The translations under genes and the position numbers were made by a program. The notes beneath the pieces are model-generated. The model was given only the letters and a program-made list of their open reading frames with translations. It was not told the DNA's origin and searched no databases. A DNA stretch of 41,922 nucleotides. Origin: a virus (taxonomy: Duplodnaviria; Caudoviricetes). Every line of letters starts with the position of its first letter. Position 1 is the first letter of the stretch. The stretch lies in the IMG/VR virus record IMGVR_UViG_3300020045_006056, positions 1 through 41,922 of that record, one strand, 5' to 3'. Below are positions 8,668-17,871 of the stretch, piece after piece.

Positions 8668-9997
8668 TTCAACGCAAGCTGAACGTGCGTTCATTGGCGC
8701 ATTGTTTTTGATGTCCGAAGATAAGCCAGTGTCAGAAATGTTCCGCCATGTAACACAGATTGAACCGGCTGACATTCTTTGCCCTAAATGCGCCAAGGTT
8801 TATCAGTTTATAAAAAAATCGGTAATGGCTGAGCAGTCGTTTGACTGGGTTTCAGTGCATAACGAAATTGAGCAGTCCAGAGATTCAGGCGAAAAAATAG
8901 GCTTTACAGAGCTTGGCGCAATTATCAAAGAGCAATCCGGCTATGCGGCAATTGACAGCCATATTAAGCTGATCAAGCAGTCATCTTTGCAGCGCAAATC
9001 TTTGCAGGTTTTAACGTCACTCTATGACTCTATCCAGTCATCCGAAAATATCATCCAGTCTTTGGGTAATGCGGAATCAGCCATTGAAGCGCTAATGCAA
9101 AAGGCCCACGGAGAAAGCGTAGGCATGGTTCACATCGTTCAACTTATGTCAGAGTGGGTAGCGCGAGCTGATGATGAATATCAGGGCAAGGAAACCGAAA
9201 AAGGCATTACTTTTGGCTTTAATGGCGTAGATGAAATGTTAGGCGATGAGCTTTTAAAGCCTGGGTCTTTGGTGGTTATTGGCGCAAACCCAGGCAAGGG
9301 CAAAACCGCCGTAATGGTCACAAGCTCAATCGAAATGGCGCGGCAATATCCAGATCGAACTGTTCAGGTTTATAGCCTTGAAATGCCATCAGCGCAGATC
9401 ACCGACCGCATAATGGGTTCTGCAGTGCAAAATAGAAAGCCAAAGCATTACCAAGATGCTGACTGGGCCAAAATTGGCGCGCAAATCGAAAGGCTGAACG
9501 CAACGAATCTTTATGTTTGCGATAACCCGGTACTGACTGTTGAGCAGATCAAAATGAATGCGCGTGATGTTATAGCCCAAGGCGGGAGAATATCGGCAAT
9601 CTTTGTTGATTATCTGACACTGATGAAGCTGCCAAAAGCAGACAGGCACGACTTGTCAGTCGGTGAAGTGACAAAGCAGTGTAAGCGACTGGCCAAAGAA
9701 ATTGGCTGCGTTGTGGTGCTGCTGGCCCAGTTGTCGCGCTCAAACATGCAGCGAGCAAACAAGCGCCCGATTAACTCAGATCTGCGCGACTCTGGACAGA
9801 TCGAGCAAGACGGGGATTACATATTTTTTCCTTACTACGATTATTTGTTTAACCCGGATTCAGATTGTGGGCCATACGCCGAAATGATTTGCAGTAAAAA
9901 CCGCCACGGCAAAGCGGAAACCACTTTTGCCAAAGTCGTCAACGGCGTTTGGATGAATTGTGATCAGAAAGACGCTCAACTTAAAACAATGGGGTAG
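8660..9997 (+). CDS. dnaB: DnaB-like replicative helicase
   Basis: GANPGKGKT Walker A, YSLEM, VDYL, LAQLSR, DLRDSGQIEQD, KNRHG; GTG 8660 with AGGAG SD. Confidence 0.95.
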   Translation: MIDSTQAERAFIGALFLMSEDKPVSEMFRHVTQIEPADILCPKCAKVYQFIKKSVMAEQSFDWVSVHNEIEQSRDSGEKIGFTELGAIIKEQSGYAAIDSHIKLIKQSSLQRKSLQVLTSLYDSIQSSENIIQSLGNAESAIEALMQKAHGESVGMVHIVQLMSEWVARADDEYQGKETEKGITFGFNGVDEMLGDELLKPGSLVVIGANPGKGKTAVMVTSSIEMARQYPDRTVQVYSLEMPSAQITDRIMGSAVQNRKPKHYQDADWAKIGAQIERLNATNLYVCDNPVLTVEQIKMNARDVIAQGGRISAIFVDYLTLMKLPKADRHDLSVGEVTKQCKRLAKEIGCVVVLLAQLSRSNMQRANKRPINSDLRDSGQIEQDGDYIFFPYYDYLFNPDSDCGPYAEMICSKNRHGKAETTFAKVVNGVWMNCDQKDAQLKTMG

Positions 9998-10000
9998 GTT

Positions 10001-10375
10001 GTGACTAATAAAAAAATTACTGAAGATTGCGCCAGGGTGTTAAACATTCCGCTTTTCGCTGATGGAGACTTTGTGACTGGTTATGTGTGGATTGATGAAA
10101 CGCCGTCAGAGTACGGATTTTTAAAGCAGCACAACGAAGGCAATCAGTCGCTGTATTTTGCACCGTTAACGCGTGTTGCTGATGCGATAGGCGTAGCGTC
10201 AAAGCTGCAAATGGAAATGATATTCCACGAAGATCGGGCCGTTGCGAAATGCAAAGGCTTAACCAAAAGCTTTTTATACAAAAGCCGGATAGTTCCTGCG
10301 TACCGCAACGATGCAATGTGCAGGGCTATTTGTGTTCTGGCTACCGATTTACTTGCAGCAGGGTTAATCAAATGA
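10001..10375 (+). CDS. Hypothetical phage protein
   Basis: 124-aa ORF in operon, ends with MCRAIC motif. Confidence 0.65.
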   Translation: MTNKKITEDCARVLNIPLFADGDFVTGYVWIDETPSEYGFLKQHNEGNQSLYFAPLTRVADAIGVASKLQMEMIFHEDRAVAKCKGLTKSFLYKSRIVPAYRNDAMCRAICVLATDLLAAGLIK

Positions 10376-10581
10376 GCGAATTCACCCCAACAAACGGCAA
10401 GCCGATACCGGGCTGCAGGATGCGAATGATCCGCATCAAAACCGACAAATTTAAAGAACACGATGTTTTAGCCAGATTCGCGGCCAACATCAAAGGCGTA
10501 ACGGCATACAAAGAAATCCGCCCTTTGGATTGCCAAAGCGGTGTTTATTGCAACAACAAAACAGGTGATCTATGGACTTAG
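10372..10581 (+). CDS. Hypothetical protein
   Basis: ATG overlaps previous stop; 69 aa. Confidence 0.55.
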   Translation: MSEFTPTNGKPIPGCRMRMIRIKTDKFKEHDVLARFAANIKGVTAYKEIRPLDCQSGVYCNNKTGDLWT

Positions 10582-10781
10582 AACGAGTGGCAATAGTTAT
10601 GGCTAACGCAAGACGGCTGATTAAAGCGAAAAAGATAACCAGCAATGCTCGGTTATATAGCGAGCTGTTCGGCACTGGACACGGAACGGCCCGTCAGTCT
10701 TGTCGCGAAATAGGATTAAACCCTGACGGTAACGAAACGAACTATACGGCAATGATGAAGCACATCCGAGGTGACCTATGA
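10572..10781 (+). CDS. Hypothetical protein
   Basis: SD CAGGTG; 69 aa. Confidence 0.65.
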   Translation: MDLERVAIVMANARRLIKAKKITSNARLYSELFGTGHGTARQSCREIGLNPDGNETNYTAMMKHIRGDL

Positions 10782-11215
10782 ACAAAACAAACGAAATCGA
10801 AACCGTGGCCGCAGAGCTTGGCTATACCGAATCTATGGAATGCTCAGCGCTGGATTACATCATCGAAACCGCCAAGGCTTCTGTGATGGTGAATCAGAAG
10901 AATGTTGAGCTGGTGGCGCATGTTAGCGTTATTAAAAAAGCCTTGGAGTTGGCAAAGCCGCATGTGCGCACTTGTTACAAGCAAGGTCATGCAGAATGGT
11001 CTGATTTTGAGCGAGTATCTAACGCAATTGAATCAACACCTGCACAATGCCTAAACCAAATCAAGGCAGAGGCTGTGTTGCCGATCTTCAATAAGCTTAA
11101 AGCTGCTCATGGCAGCACCACTCACCGAAGAGCAAAAGAATATTTATGCGAAGAAGCTTTTGAGCTTGCAGGCGAAGTTATTGATTCTGCATCCATAGCC
11201 AAAGGTGAACTATGA
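10778..11215 (+). CDS. Hypothetical protein
   Basis: ATGA coupling, SD GAGGTG. Confidence 0.65.
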   Translation: MNKTNEIETVAAELGYTESMECSALDYIIETAKASVMVNQKNVELVAHVSVIKKALELAKPHVRTCYKQGHAEWSDFERVSNAIESTPAQCLNQIKAEAVLPIFNKLKAAHGSTTHRRAKEYLCEEAFELAGEVIDSASIAKGEL

Positions 11216-11568
11216 AATCCATAAAAATAACCCTAATCCAAGAGCAGCGGGTCCAACTGGCCCACGCTGCGACTTTGGAAATTGATTTGCCGGATTACGA
11301 TCAGTTGGCGAATGAGCTGCAGTCAACTAAAACCACTCTGGCAGCGATTACAGCGCTTTTAAATCCGAATGGCTACACTGGGCTTAGTCTTCCGGAGTTA
11401 ATCGAATACAGGTTGGCTAAAGAGCGATTGGCGGCATATGACGAAGGCGGATCTGCTCAAAAAGCGTTTTGGGATGGATTTGAACGCGGCACTATGGATC
11501 CTGGTGGCAACATCCGCGCAAACTGGAATCAGTATTTAAACTGCATTGGAAATAAAAAAGCCCCTTAA
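11212..11568 (+). CDS. Hypothetical protein
   Basis: ATGA coupling; ends in terminator. Confidence 0.65.
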   Translation: MKSIKITLIQEQRVQLAHAATLEIDLPDYDQLANELQSTKTTLAAITALLNPNGYTGLSLPELIEYRLAKERLAAYDEGGSAQKAFWDGFERGTMDPGGNIRANWNQYLNCIGNKKAP

Positions 11569-11579
11569 TCGGGGCTATT
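11554..11579. terminator. Terminator between convergent genes
   Basis: AGCCCC/GGGGCT stem with A6 on the left. Confidence 0.75.
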
Positions 11580-11811
11580 CCAACATCAGCTCTGCAAGCT
11601 GCTTGTGGTCAATCTTTCCAGTCAGCACCCCAAGCAGCACCACTTCAACTGGTACATTTTCGCGGTAAGTTCCGGTCGCGCTGTAGTTGCCCTGCTGTTG
11701 ACTGGTCATCCTGAACGCGTCGCGGATTTCCTTTTTTGTTGCACCAGTCATGCCGGATAATTCCAGCAGCTGAGTATAAGTAATCGGTTTAAGTCTCTGT
11801 AATCGTGCCAT
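11575..11811 (-). CDS. Stand-alone small protein, possible HTH repressor
   Basis: SD GAGG; own extended -10 promoter (TGTGTATACT); TKKEIRDAFRMTSQQQGNY resembles a helix-turn-helix. Confidence 0.55.
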   Translation of the reverse strand: MARLQRLKPITYTQLLELSGMTGATKKEIRDAFRMTSQQQGNYSATGTYRENVPVEVVLLGVLTGKIDHKQLAELMLE

Positions 11812-11836
11812 GTCAATTCCTCTGTTAGTTTTTCAC

Positions 11837-11894
11837 AGTATACACACAAAATCTGATAAATAAAGCTTGTGTTTTCAGTTTAGCTGGTTAGAAT
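11837..11894. promoter_or_regulatory. Divergent promoters with operator-like boxes
   Basis: CACAAAATCTG 11845-11855, AAATAAAGCTTG 11858-11869, TTGTGT-16-TAGAAT, CAGTTTAGCTG 11876-11886. Confidence 0.7.
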
Positions 11895-11924
11895 TGAATC
11901 AGGTTTAACAGGTGAGGTGAAATT

Positions 11925-12185
11925 ATGAGCAAAGCTAAATTTACTAAAGGGCCGTGGGTGGCTCGGACTTATGGTGGATATATAAAGCATGCAGTCATTT
12001 ATCTTGATGGAGGCGGTTTTGATATTTCAAATTGCCCAGACTGCATTGACAACGCCCACCTAATTGCAGCAGCGCCTGAGATGTATGACATGCTTGCGAC
12101 AATTGAAAATGATGACAACAAAATACCTGCATGGCTGTGGGATAAAATACAGGCGACATTGGCCAAGGCGCGAGGCGAATCATGA
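11925..12185 (+). CDS. Conserved small phage protein
   Basis: FTKGPW...NAHLIAAAPEM...LAKARGE pattern common in phage early genes. Confidence 0.75.
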   Translation: MSKAKFTKGPWVARTYGGYIKHAVIYLDGGGFDISNCPDCIDNAHLIAAAPEMYDMLATIENDDNKIPAWLWDKIQATLAKARGES

Positions 12186-13066
12186 TCAAATGGGACGATG
12201 ATCCAGCACCAGCAAATAAACTGCCAGCGGTGATAAAGCAGGGCTTTTACTACGGTATCGACAACGACGAGTACCGCGCATCTGCACCAATCAGTAAGTC
12301 TGACTTGGATTATTTCCAGACTAATCCAGCCCAGTATATCTGGTCACGCAATGCGCCAGTGGATCCTGAAAAGCTTGATGCGATGGATAATGGTAGCGCT
12401 TTACACTGCTTGATGCTGGAGCCTGACGAGTTCAAAAAGCGCTTTATCAAAATGGATAAATTTGACGCCAGAACAACCAAAGGCAAGGCCGACAAAGCGG
12501 CATGGCTTGCTGAGCATGAAGGTAGCGGGAAAATAATTTTAGAGCACGAATACGCCCGTAAGCTGCCAATCATGCGCGAATCTTTGCTGGCTCATCCATA
12601 TGTCAGATCTATCTTTGAATGCGATGGAGATAACGAGGTCAGCGGGTTTTTTACTGATCCTGAAACTGGCTTGATGGTTAAATTTAGACCAGACCGAAAA
12701 CTTAAAAAGGCGGCTTTGCTGGCTGACTTAAAAAAACTTGCTCAGTTTGAGCGCATGGACACTGTATTTAATGACCACGGCTACCACGTACAGGCTGCAC
12801 TTTACTCTGATGGCTATTACGCAATTACTGGTGAATACCCGGCTTTTGTATTTTTGGCTGTAAGTGACACGGTGAATTGTGGTCGATATGAAGTGGATGC
12901 AATTGAATTGAAGCAGCACGACGAAGATCCGCGCAATCGGATAACTATTGCAAAGGGGCGTGAGATTTACAAAGCAAGCCTGAGAAAATACGCCGAACTG
13001 CTAAACAGAGATAGTGATTCAGCGTGGGAAACAACCAGAACTTTAACAACTCGCCAGTGGCGATAA
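12182..13066 (+). CDS. recE: RecE/ExoVIII-like PD-(D/E)XK exonuclease
   Basis: ISKSDL, GSALHCLMLEP, KFRPD, ADLK, YHVQAALYSDG. Confidence 0.88.
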   Translation: MIKWDDDPAPANKLPAVIKQGFYYGIDNDEYRASAPISKSDLDYFQTNPAQYIWSRNAPVDPEKLDAMDNGSALHCLMLEPDEFKKRFIKMDKFDARTTKGKADKAAWLAEHEGSGKIILEHEYARKLPIMRESLLAHPYVRSIFECDGDNEVSGFFTDPETGLMVKFRPDRKLKKAALLADLKKLAQFERMDTVFNDHGYHVQAALYSDGYYAITGEYPAFVFLAVSDTVNCGRYEVDAIELKQHDEDPRNRITIAKGREIYKASLRKYAELLNRDSDSAWETTRTLTTRQWR

Positions 13067-13072
13067 GGTGAT

Positions 13073-14014
13073 ATGAAAATGACGAAAAGCACTCAAGTAG
13101 TACCATTTGCACAGCAATTCCCTGCTGTCGTGGCCCGTGGCATTGATGAATCAACTTGGTCAGCACTGTGTAACTCAGTTTATCCAGGCGCTAAATCAGA
13201 ATCTGTATTAATGGCCGTGGACTATTGCCGCGCCAGAGATCTTGATGTGATGCTAAAGCCAGTTCATTTAGTGCCGATGAGCGTAAAGAATTCGCAAACT
13301 GGTAACTATGAATGGCGCGATGTGGTGATGCCGGGCGTCGGTCTTTATCGCATACAAGCTGACAGATGCGGGACGTATGCTGGAGCTGATGAGCCTGAAT
13401 TTGGACCTGAAATTACGCGCACCTTTAGCGGTAAAAATAACTCAAAAATTGAAGTTACCTTCCCGCAGTGGTGCAAGTACACGGTTTACAAAGTAATTGG
13501 TGATCGGCTGGTTGCTTTTGTTGCTAAAGAATATTGGCTTGAAAACTACGCAACAGAAGGTAAAGACAGCGAAGCGCCTAACTCTATGTGGAAAAAGCGT
13601 ATTTACGCTCAGTTAGCAAAGTGCGCCGAAGCCCAAGCTTTGCGTAAAGCATGGCCAGAAATAGGTCAAGGGCCAACAGCCGAAGAAATGGAAGGCAAAG
13701 GTCATGAAATTGACATTACGCCAGCGCAGTCACAGCAAAAGGTTATTCAATCAACTGGAGCAGCCGCCGCCCTGTCAGCAGCCAAAAAGACCAAGACAGC
13801 AGCGCCGGTGAACTTTGATGATGAGCCGGATCAGGTTGTGTTGCCACAAGAAGCGCAAAAGCTGCTTAGCCTGCTGGAAGATTGCCAAGATTTAGATCAG
13901 GTCAATCAGTGGGGTGCAGATGCTGCCGCGCAATTCCCAGCAGGCACACCGGAGTACGCAACTCTGGAAGCGGCTTACCAAACCAAATACAACTATTTTT
14001 CACAAAACCAGTAA
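13073..14014 (+). CDS. bet: Bet/RecT-family single-strand annealing protein
   Basis: KPVHLVPM, PGVGLYRIQADR, QLAKCAEAQALRKAWPE. Confidence 0.9.
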   Translation: MKMTKSTQVVPFAQQFPAVVARGIDESTWSALCNSVYPGAKSESVLMAVDYCRARDLDVMLKPVHLVPMSVKNSQTGNYEWRDVVMPGVGLYRIQADRCGTYAGADEPEFGPEITRTFSGKNNSKIEVTFPQWCKYTVYKVIGDRLVAFVAKEYWLENYATEGKDSEAPNSMWKKRIYAQLAKCAEAQALRKAWPEIGQGPTAEEMEGKGHEIDITPAQSQQKVIQSTGAAAALSAAKKTKTAAPVNFDDEPDQVVLPQEAQKLLSLLEDCQDLDQVNQWGADAAAQFPAGTPEYATLEAAYQTKYNYFSQNQ

Positions 14015-14092
14015 AAATACCTTGCTTAAATACATTTAAGCTGTAATTATTAATCCGCGCCGGACGGTTTCCGGCTTTGATTCAGGTGAGTG

Positions 14093-14683
14093 ATTATGAA
14101 ATTAAATATTCAAGTAGAAATAGAATGGTTAAGTGAAGATGGCAACATTGATGATGTTGTTAAAGAAGAAATTATAAGTGGCGTAAAAGGCGCGATATCC
14201 AAGCAGTGTTTGGCTCAGGTTCAAAAGCAAGCGTCAGTCGAAATAGATAAAGCTATAGCTGAATCTATTAAGTCGGCTCAGCAAGCAATAAACCAGAAAG
14301 CTATCAGCTTTGCTGATGAATGGCTGGAAAAAGAAGTTACCATTACTGACAAGTGGGGCGATAAAACAGACTGCTTAACCATCAAAGATTTAGTGAAGCG
14401 TAGTTTTGATAATCTTCTCGAGCGAAAAGTTGATGATCGCGGTGATTTCACCAATGGAAACTATTCATCTTCAGGTATGCGCCTGATCGACTTTTTAACA
14501 GGTCAGCGTGTACGAGAGGTTGTTGCAACACATCTAAAAGGCATTAATTCTGATATCGAAAAAGCCATCAAAGCTGAGGTGGAAAGCGGCATTAAGCGAG
14601 GTGTGGCCGCTAAGTTTGCAGAAATGGTTATCCAGACAGCGAAACAAGATAACGCCGCAAGATTAGAAAATAAACAGGAGTAA
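14093..14683 (+). CDS. Conserved hypothetical coiled-coil phage protein
   Basis: MKLNIQVEIEWL...TDKWGD; preceded by promoter-like AT tract and a hairpin. Confidence 0.7.
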   Translation: MMKLNIQVEIEWLSEDGNIDDVVKEEIISGVKGAISKQCLAQVQKQASVEIDKAIAESIKSAQQAINQKAISFADEWLEKEVTITDKWGDKTDCLTIKDLVKRSFDNLLERKVDDRGDFTNGNYSSSGMRLIDFLTGQRVREVVATHLKGINSDIEKAIKAEVESGIKRGVAAKFAEMVIQTAKQDNAARLENKQE

Positions 14684-15792
14684 TGATCATGACAGAAAAT
14701 ACAGCATTAATCCCGGTGCAATTGCAGGTTACGGTTACGCCTGCAAAGATTGACACCAATATCGAGCCGCTGCGCTTAGCGTTGATTGAGAAAATCGACA
14801 ACCAGAGCAAAACGGTTATTACTCTGGAAAACTTAGCTGAAGGCAAGGAGCTTGCGGCTACTATCAACAAAACAAAAGCTCTGCTTGAGACAGAGCGCAA
14901 GCGCATATCAAAAGAGGCATCTGTTGATGTTGTTGCGTTTGAGGCTAAAGCCAAAGAGCTTGAAAAAATCTGTGAAAACGGCTATCGCACAATTAAAGAT
15001 CAAACAGACAAGTTTGATGCGGCTAAGAAGCTGGAACACCTGCAGATCATCAAAGACGCATTGACCGCAGCATGGGAAGCCTCAGGCATTGAGCCTGAGT
15101 TCCGCCGCGCCACGGTTGACGACTTGGCCACGTTAACGGCTGTTACGCCTAAAGGCTCACTGACCAAAGCAACCAAAACAACGCTAGATAGCCGTGTCGC
15201 TGAAGATAAATCCCTGCAAGACCGCACCAATATGCGTCTTGTGCTGCTGGAAAATCAGAGCTTGAAAGCCGGGTTAGTTGCACCGCTGGATCGCAACCAT
15301 GTGGCAGCGTTTTTGTTCGCGCCTGATGATGTTTATCAAAAGCGCCTGGATGCGATTATTCAGTCTGAAATTCAGCGCCAACAGGCGGCGCAGGACAAGG
15401 CGCGCAATGACCAGTTAGCAGAACAGGCCAGAGCAGCGCAGCAGGCGCAGGCTCAACAAGCCGCACAGCCTGTAACGCAACAGGTTTACGCTGAAGCAGC
15501 GCAACAGGCTAACGTGTCACAGCAAGCCACAGTCGCAGCAGCGCAGCCACAAACTTTAGGCCCAAACCTGAAAGTCAATCATCCGGCTTTTCGCGATGAA
15601 AAAGCTCAGTATGGAGTTGCGCTGAATGGTGTGCAGCAGGGAAAGCCAATGACTTGCACTCAGTCAGAGTTTGAGCAGCATGTGATTGGCTTATCGTCTG
15701 CCGATGACGGCTTCTTTGAAATCTACAGCCGCAGCAGTGGCCTTGTTGCCATCGTAAAAAATGGCGTTTTGTTTCGCAAAGTTGATGCATAA
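14683..15792 (+). CDS. DUF1351-like coiled-coil protein (recombination module)
   Basis: AEGKELAATINK...ERKRI...IKDQTDKFD; Q/A-rich linker. Confidence 0.7.
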   Translation: MIMTENTALIPVQLQVTVTPAKIDTNIEPLRLALIEKIDNQSKTVITLENLAEGKELAATINKTKALLETERKRISKEASVDVVAFEAKAKELEKICENGYRTIKDQTDKFDAAKKLEHLQIIKDALTAAWEASGIEPEFRRATVDDLATLTAVTPKGSLTKATKTTLDSRVAEDKSLQDRTNMRLVLLENQSLKAGLVAPLDRNHVAAFLFAPDDVYQKRLDAIIQSEIQRQQAAQDKARNDQLAEQARAAQQAQAQQAAQPVTQQVYAEAAQQANVSQQATVAAAQPQTLGPNLKVNHPAFRDEKAQYGVALNGVQQGKPMTCTQSEFEQHVIGLSSADDGFFEIYSRSSGLVAIVKNGVLFRKVDA

Positions 15793-15803
15793 GGATTAAT
15801 AAA

Positions 15804-16388
15804 ATGAAATTAAATAATCAGATTAAAAAAGCAATACTGGAAGCGGCTTTGAAAAAGGCAGGTATAAACGACAGAGAGAACCTGATACAAGCCAGATATA
15901 ACGCATGGGCTGAATCAGTGCGCGTTCGGTACGTCACACCAGAAGTGATGGAGCTGGTAAATAAAATAAAAGATTTGATGTCAAAAGTTCCTGACTGCAT
16001 TGCAGATCAATCTTTTGGATTCAAAACTGATTATGAGATTTATCGCGCAAACGTGGCTGGGCAGACTCGGACAGTAAAATACGGTGAAGTTAATCAATAC
16101 GGCTCGCTGGTAAAAAGAATAACTCCAGCCGAAGTTGTATTGCTAGCTGACGATCCTCTATCAATTGAGCTTCACCTGATTGATGCTGATGCCGAAAAGC
16201 TGAAGTCAGACAAAGAGCAGATCATAGTTAGCGCTACGGCTGTTTTAAATTCTGCTACCACTGACAAGAAGCTAATTGAGCTTTGGCCGGAAGCAATTGC
16301 ATTTATACCGGCTGCTGAAAAGGCAGCAAAGCCAAGCCTTCCTGCACTGCCAATTGCAGAGCTTAACAAGATGATCGGGTTGCCGTAA
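15804..16388 (+). CDS. Nmad5-like (nucleotide modification associated domain 5) protein
   Basis: MKLNNQIKKAI...TTDKKLIELWPEA...LPALPIAELNKMIGLP termini recalled for this family. Confidence 0.75.
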   Translation: MKLNNQIKKAILEAALKKAGINDRENLIQARYNAWAESVRVRYVTPEVMELVNKIKDLMSKVPDCIADQSFGFKTDYEIYRANVAGQTRTVKYGEVNQYGSLVKRITPAEVVLLADDPLSIELHLIDADAEKLKSDKEQIIVSATAVLNSATTDKKLIELWPEAIAFIPAAEKAAKPSLPALPIAELNKMIGLP

Positions 16389-16645
16389 TGCGCCACCTGA
16401 TTCAGGGCGGACACAGCCAAGAGCAGCTTGATTTACTGCTCAAGCTAACGCGCATTAGTAGCGAGTCCGTGACCGATGCGCTGAGCGATCATCTTGTTCG
16501 TGGGCTATCCGACTCGTTGGCGGCAAGTGCAAACGGTGTATTGCTGCCAAACTTTACAAAGGCTCTTGTAAGCCTAAACAAAACGGCTGAGATTGTAGAA
16601 GGCTTGATTGAAATCAGGGTCAGGCACTTAAAATCAGTTAAGTGA
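16388..16645 (+). CDS. PapB/FocB-family transcription regulator-like protein
   Basis: LIQG..S.EQLDLLLKLTRISSESVTDALSDHLVRG...NF...L..L parallels the PapB pattern. Confidence 0.7.
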   Translation: MRHLIQGGHSQEQLDLLLKLTRISSESVTDALSDHLVRGLSDSLAASANGVLLPNFTKALVSLNKTAEIVEGLIEIRVRHLKSVK

Positions 16646-16673
16646 TAACTAAATTTAATTAGATAGGTGATTT

Positions 16674-16889
16674 ATGATTGATACACCAGCAACAATGGAC
16701 GAAGCAATAGAGCTTGCAGCTCAGCATTTACCTGAAGGCTATCGCGTTTTTATCGTGGTAGAAAAAGGTGGCTACAGCGTTTATTTAGAAGATGAAAACA
16801 CAAGCGAAATAGCTGTCGATGGTGGTGACGGTATGCGGTCTGACGTTGCCGAAGCAATTAATGTTGCAATTGAAATGGCAGGGGCTTAG
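16674..16889 (+). CDS. Small acidic hypothetical protein
   Basis: SD AGGTG; 71 aa. Confidence 0.65.
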   Translation: MIDTPATMDEAIELAAQHLPEGYRVFIVVEKGGYSVYLEDENTSEIAVDGGDGMRSDVAEAINVAIEMAGA

Positions 16890-16891
16890 CT

Positions 16892-17143
16892 ATGGGTGAC
16901 GATTTGATATTGGCTGCGTTTTTGACTGCATGGTCAGCCATATCTTGGGTTACATACTCAATCTGCATGTATGCCCTAAAGCTAATGCAGGATGATAGTG
17001 ACAGAGAAATCGAATTAATGATGCAAGTGCCAATAGGTGCAGCAATCATGAAAACGTCGCTTCTTGTATTGTCAATATTCTGGCCTGTGCCTTTGATTTT
17101 TATTATTGGGTCTATCATTAAACAAAAACTATTAGGTGAATAA
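16892..17143 (+). CDS. Small two-TM membrane protein
   Basis: Two hydrophobic helices, IFWP motif. Confidence 0.6.
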   Translation: MGDDLILAAFLTAWSAISWVTYSICMYALKLMQDDSDREIELMMQVPIGAAIMKTSLLVLSIFWPVPLIFIIGSIIKQKLLGE

Positions 17144-17144
17144 A

Positions 17145-17357
17145 ATGAACGAACGCAACGACATGAAATATCTGAACATCGCCAGCAACGACATTGTGGT
17201 GGGTCGCGCAACGGTTCCGGCGACTTCGCGCATGGGTCGCGTTGGTTGGGCGCTTGTTGGTGGTCGGTTTACTGAAAGCTTGGCTACAGCCAGAAAGCAT
17301 GCTGAAGAAATCAACCGATTGATGGTCCTTTGCAAAAATTGGCGCAATCTGCAATGA
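17145..17357 (+). CDS. DUF1317-like small phage protein
   Basis: NDIVVGR...GWALVGG...A.R.AE.I. Confidence 0.55.
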   Translation: MNERNDMKYLNIASNDIVVGRATVPATSRMGRVGWALVGGRFTESLATARKHAEEINRLMVLCKNWRNLQ

Positions 17358-17614
17358 ACCGCGCCGAAATCCTGTTTCGCCACATGGAGCTAATCGAAAA
17401 GCATCATGTGGCCACGCACAACGCTTACTTGAACAAGCCTGGTGATCGTGAAGAAGAAAACCAGCGCATGATTCAGGCGCGTGATGCGGTAGTTGAAAGC
17501 GCCGAGACTCACGGCATAACCCGGGCTGAACTGACAGAGCATAGCAAGCGCAATACGTTCACGGCGAAGTCAGTTAGTCACGCAATGGATCATCTGAAAA
17601 CTATTTTTGGTTGA
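17354..17614 (+). CDS. Hypothetical protein
   Basis: ATGA coupling at 17354. Confidence 0.55.
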   Translation: MNRAEILFRHMELIEKHHVATHNAYLNKPGDREEENQRMIQARDAVVESAETHGITRAELTEHSKRNTFTAKSVSHAMDHLKTIFG

Positions 17615-17658
17615 AACTGTGCCGGACAGATTCCGGCGTTAAAGTGAGTTATTTATTG

Positions 17659-17871
17659 ATGAATAAATTAACTGTTAAGTTTGTAAAATGGCTGATATTC
17701 GCAGTGGTTTCTTTTCCTCTGCTATTTCAGGTGGCGCCAATGCTGATTAGCAGTAAGAGCAATGAAGGTGTTGCGCTCGGATTTGCTGTCATATTGGCGT
17801 ATGTAGTTTTTTCTTTTAATTTCGTGTTAAACAAAATAACCAAAGAGGGTGTTAAAAATGAAAGTAATTAA
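17659..17871 (+). CDS. Two-TM membrane protein, partner of SPFH gene
   Basis: ATG 17659; two hydrophobic helices; overlaps SPFH start. Confidence 0.65.
   Translation: MNKLTVKFVKWLIFAVVSFPLLFQVAPMLISSKSNEGVALGFAVILAYVVFSFNFVLNKITKEGVKNESN

Noticed and set aside
17611-17643. Solitary type I-F CRISPR repeat mimic (contains TGCCGGACAG)
   Set aside because: Lacks GTTCAC start, GGCAG arm and TAGAAA end; folds into a different stem
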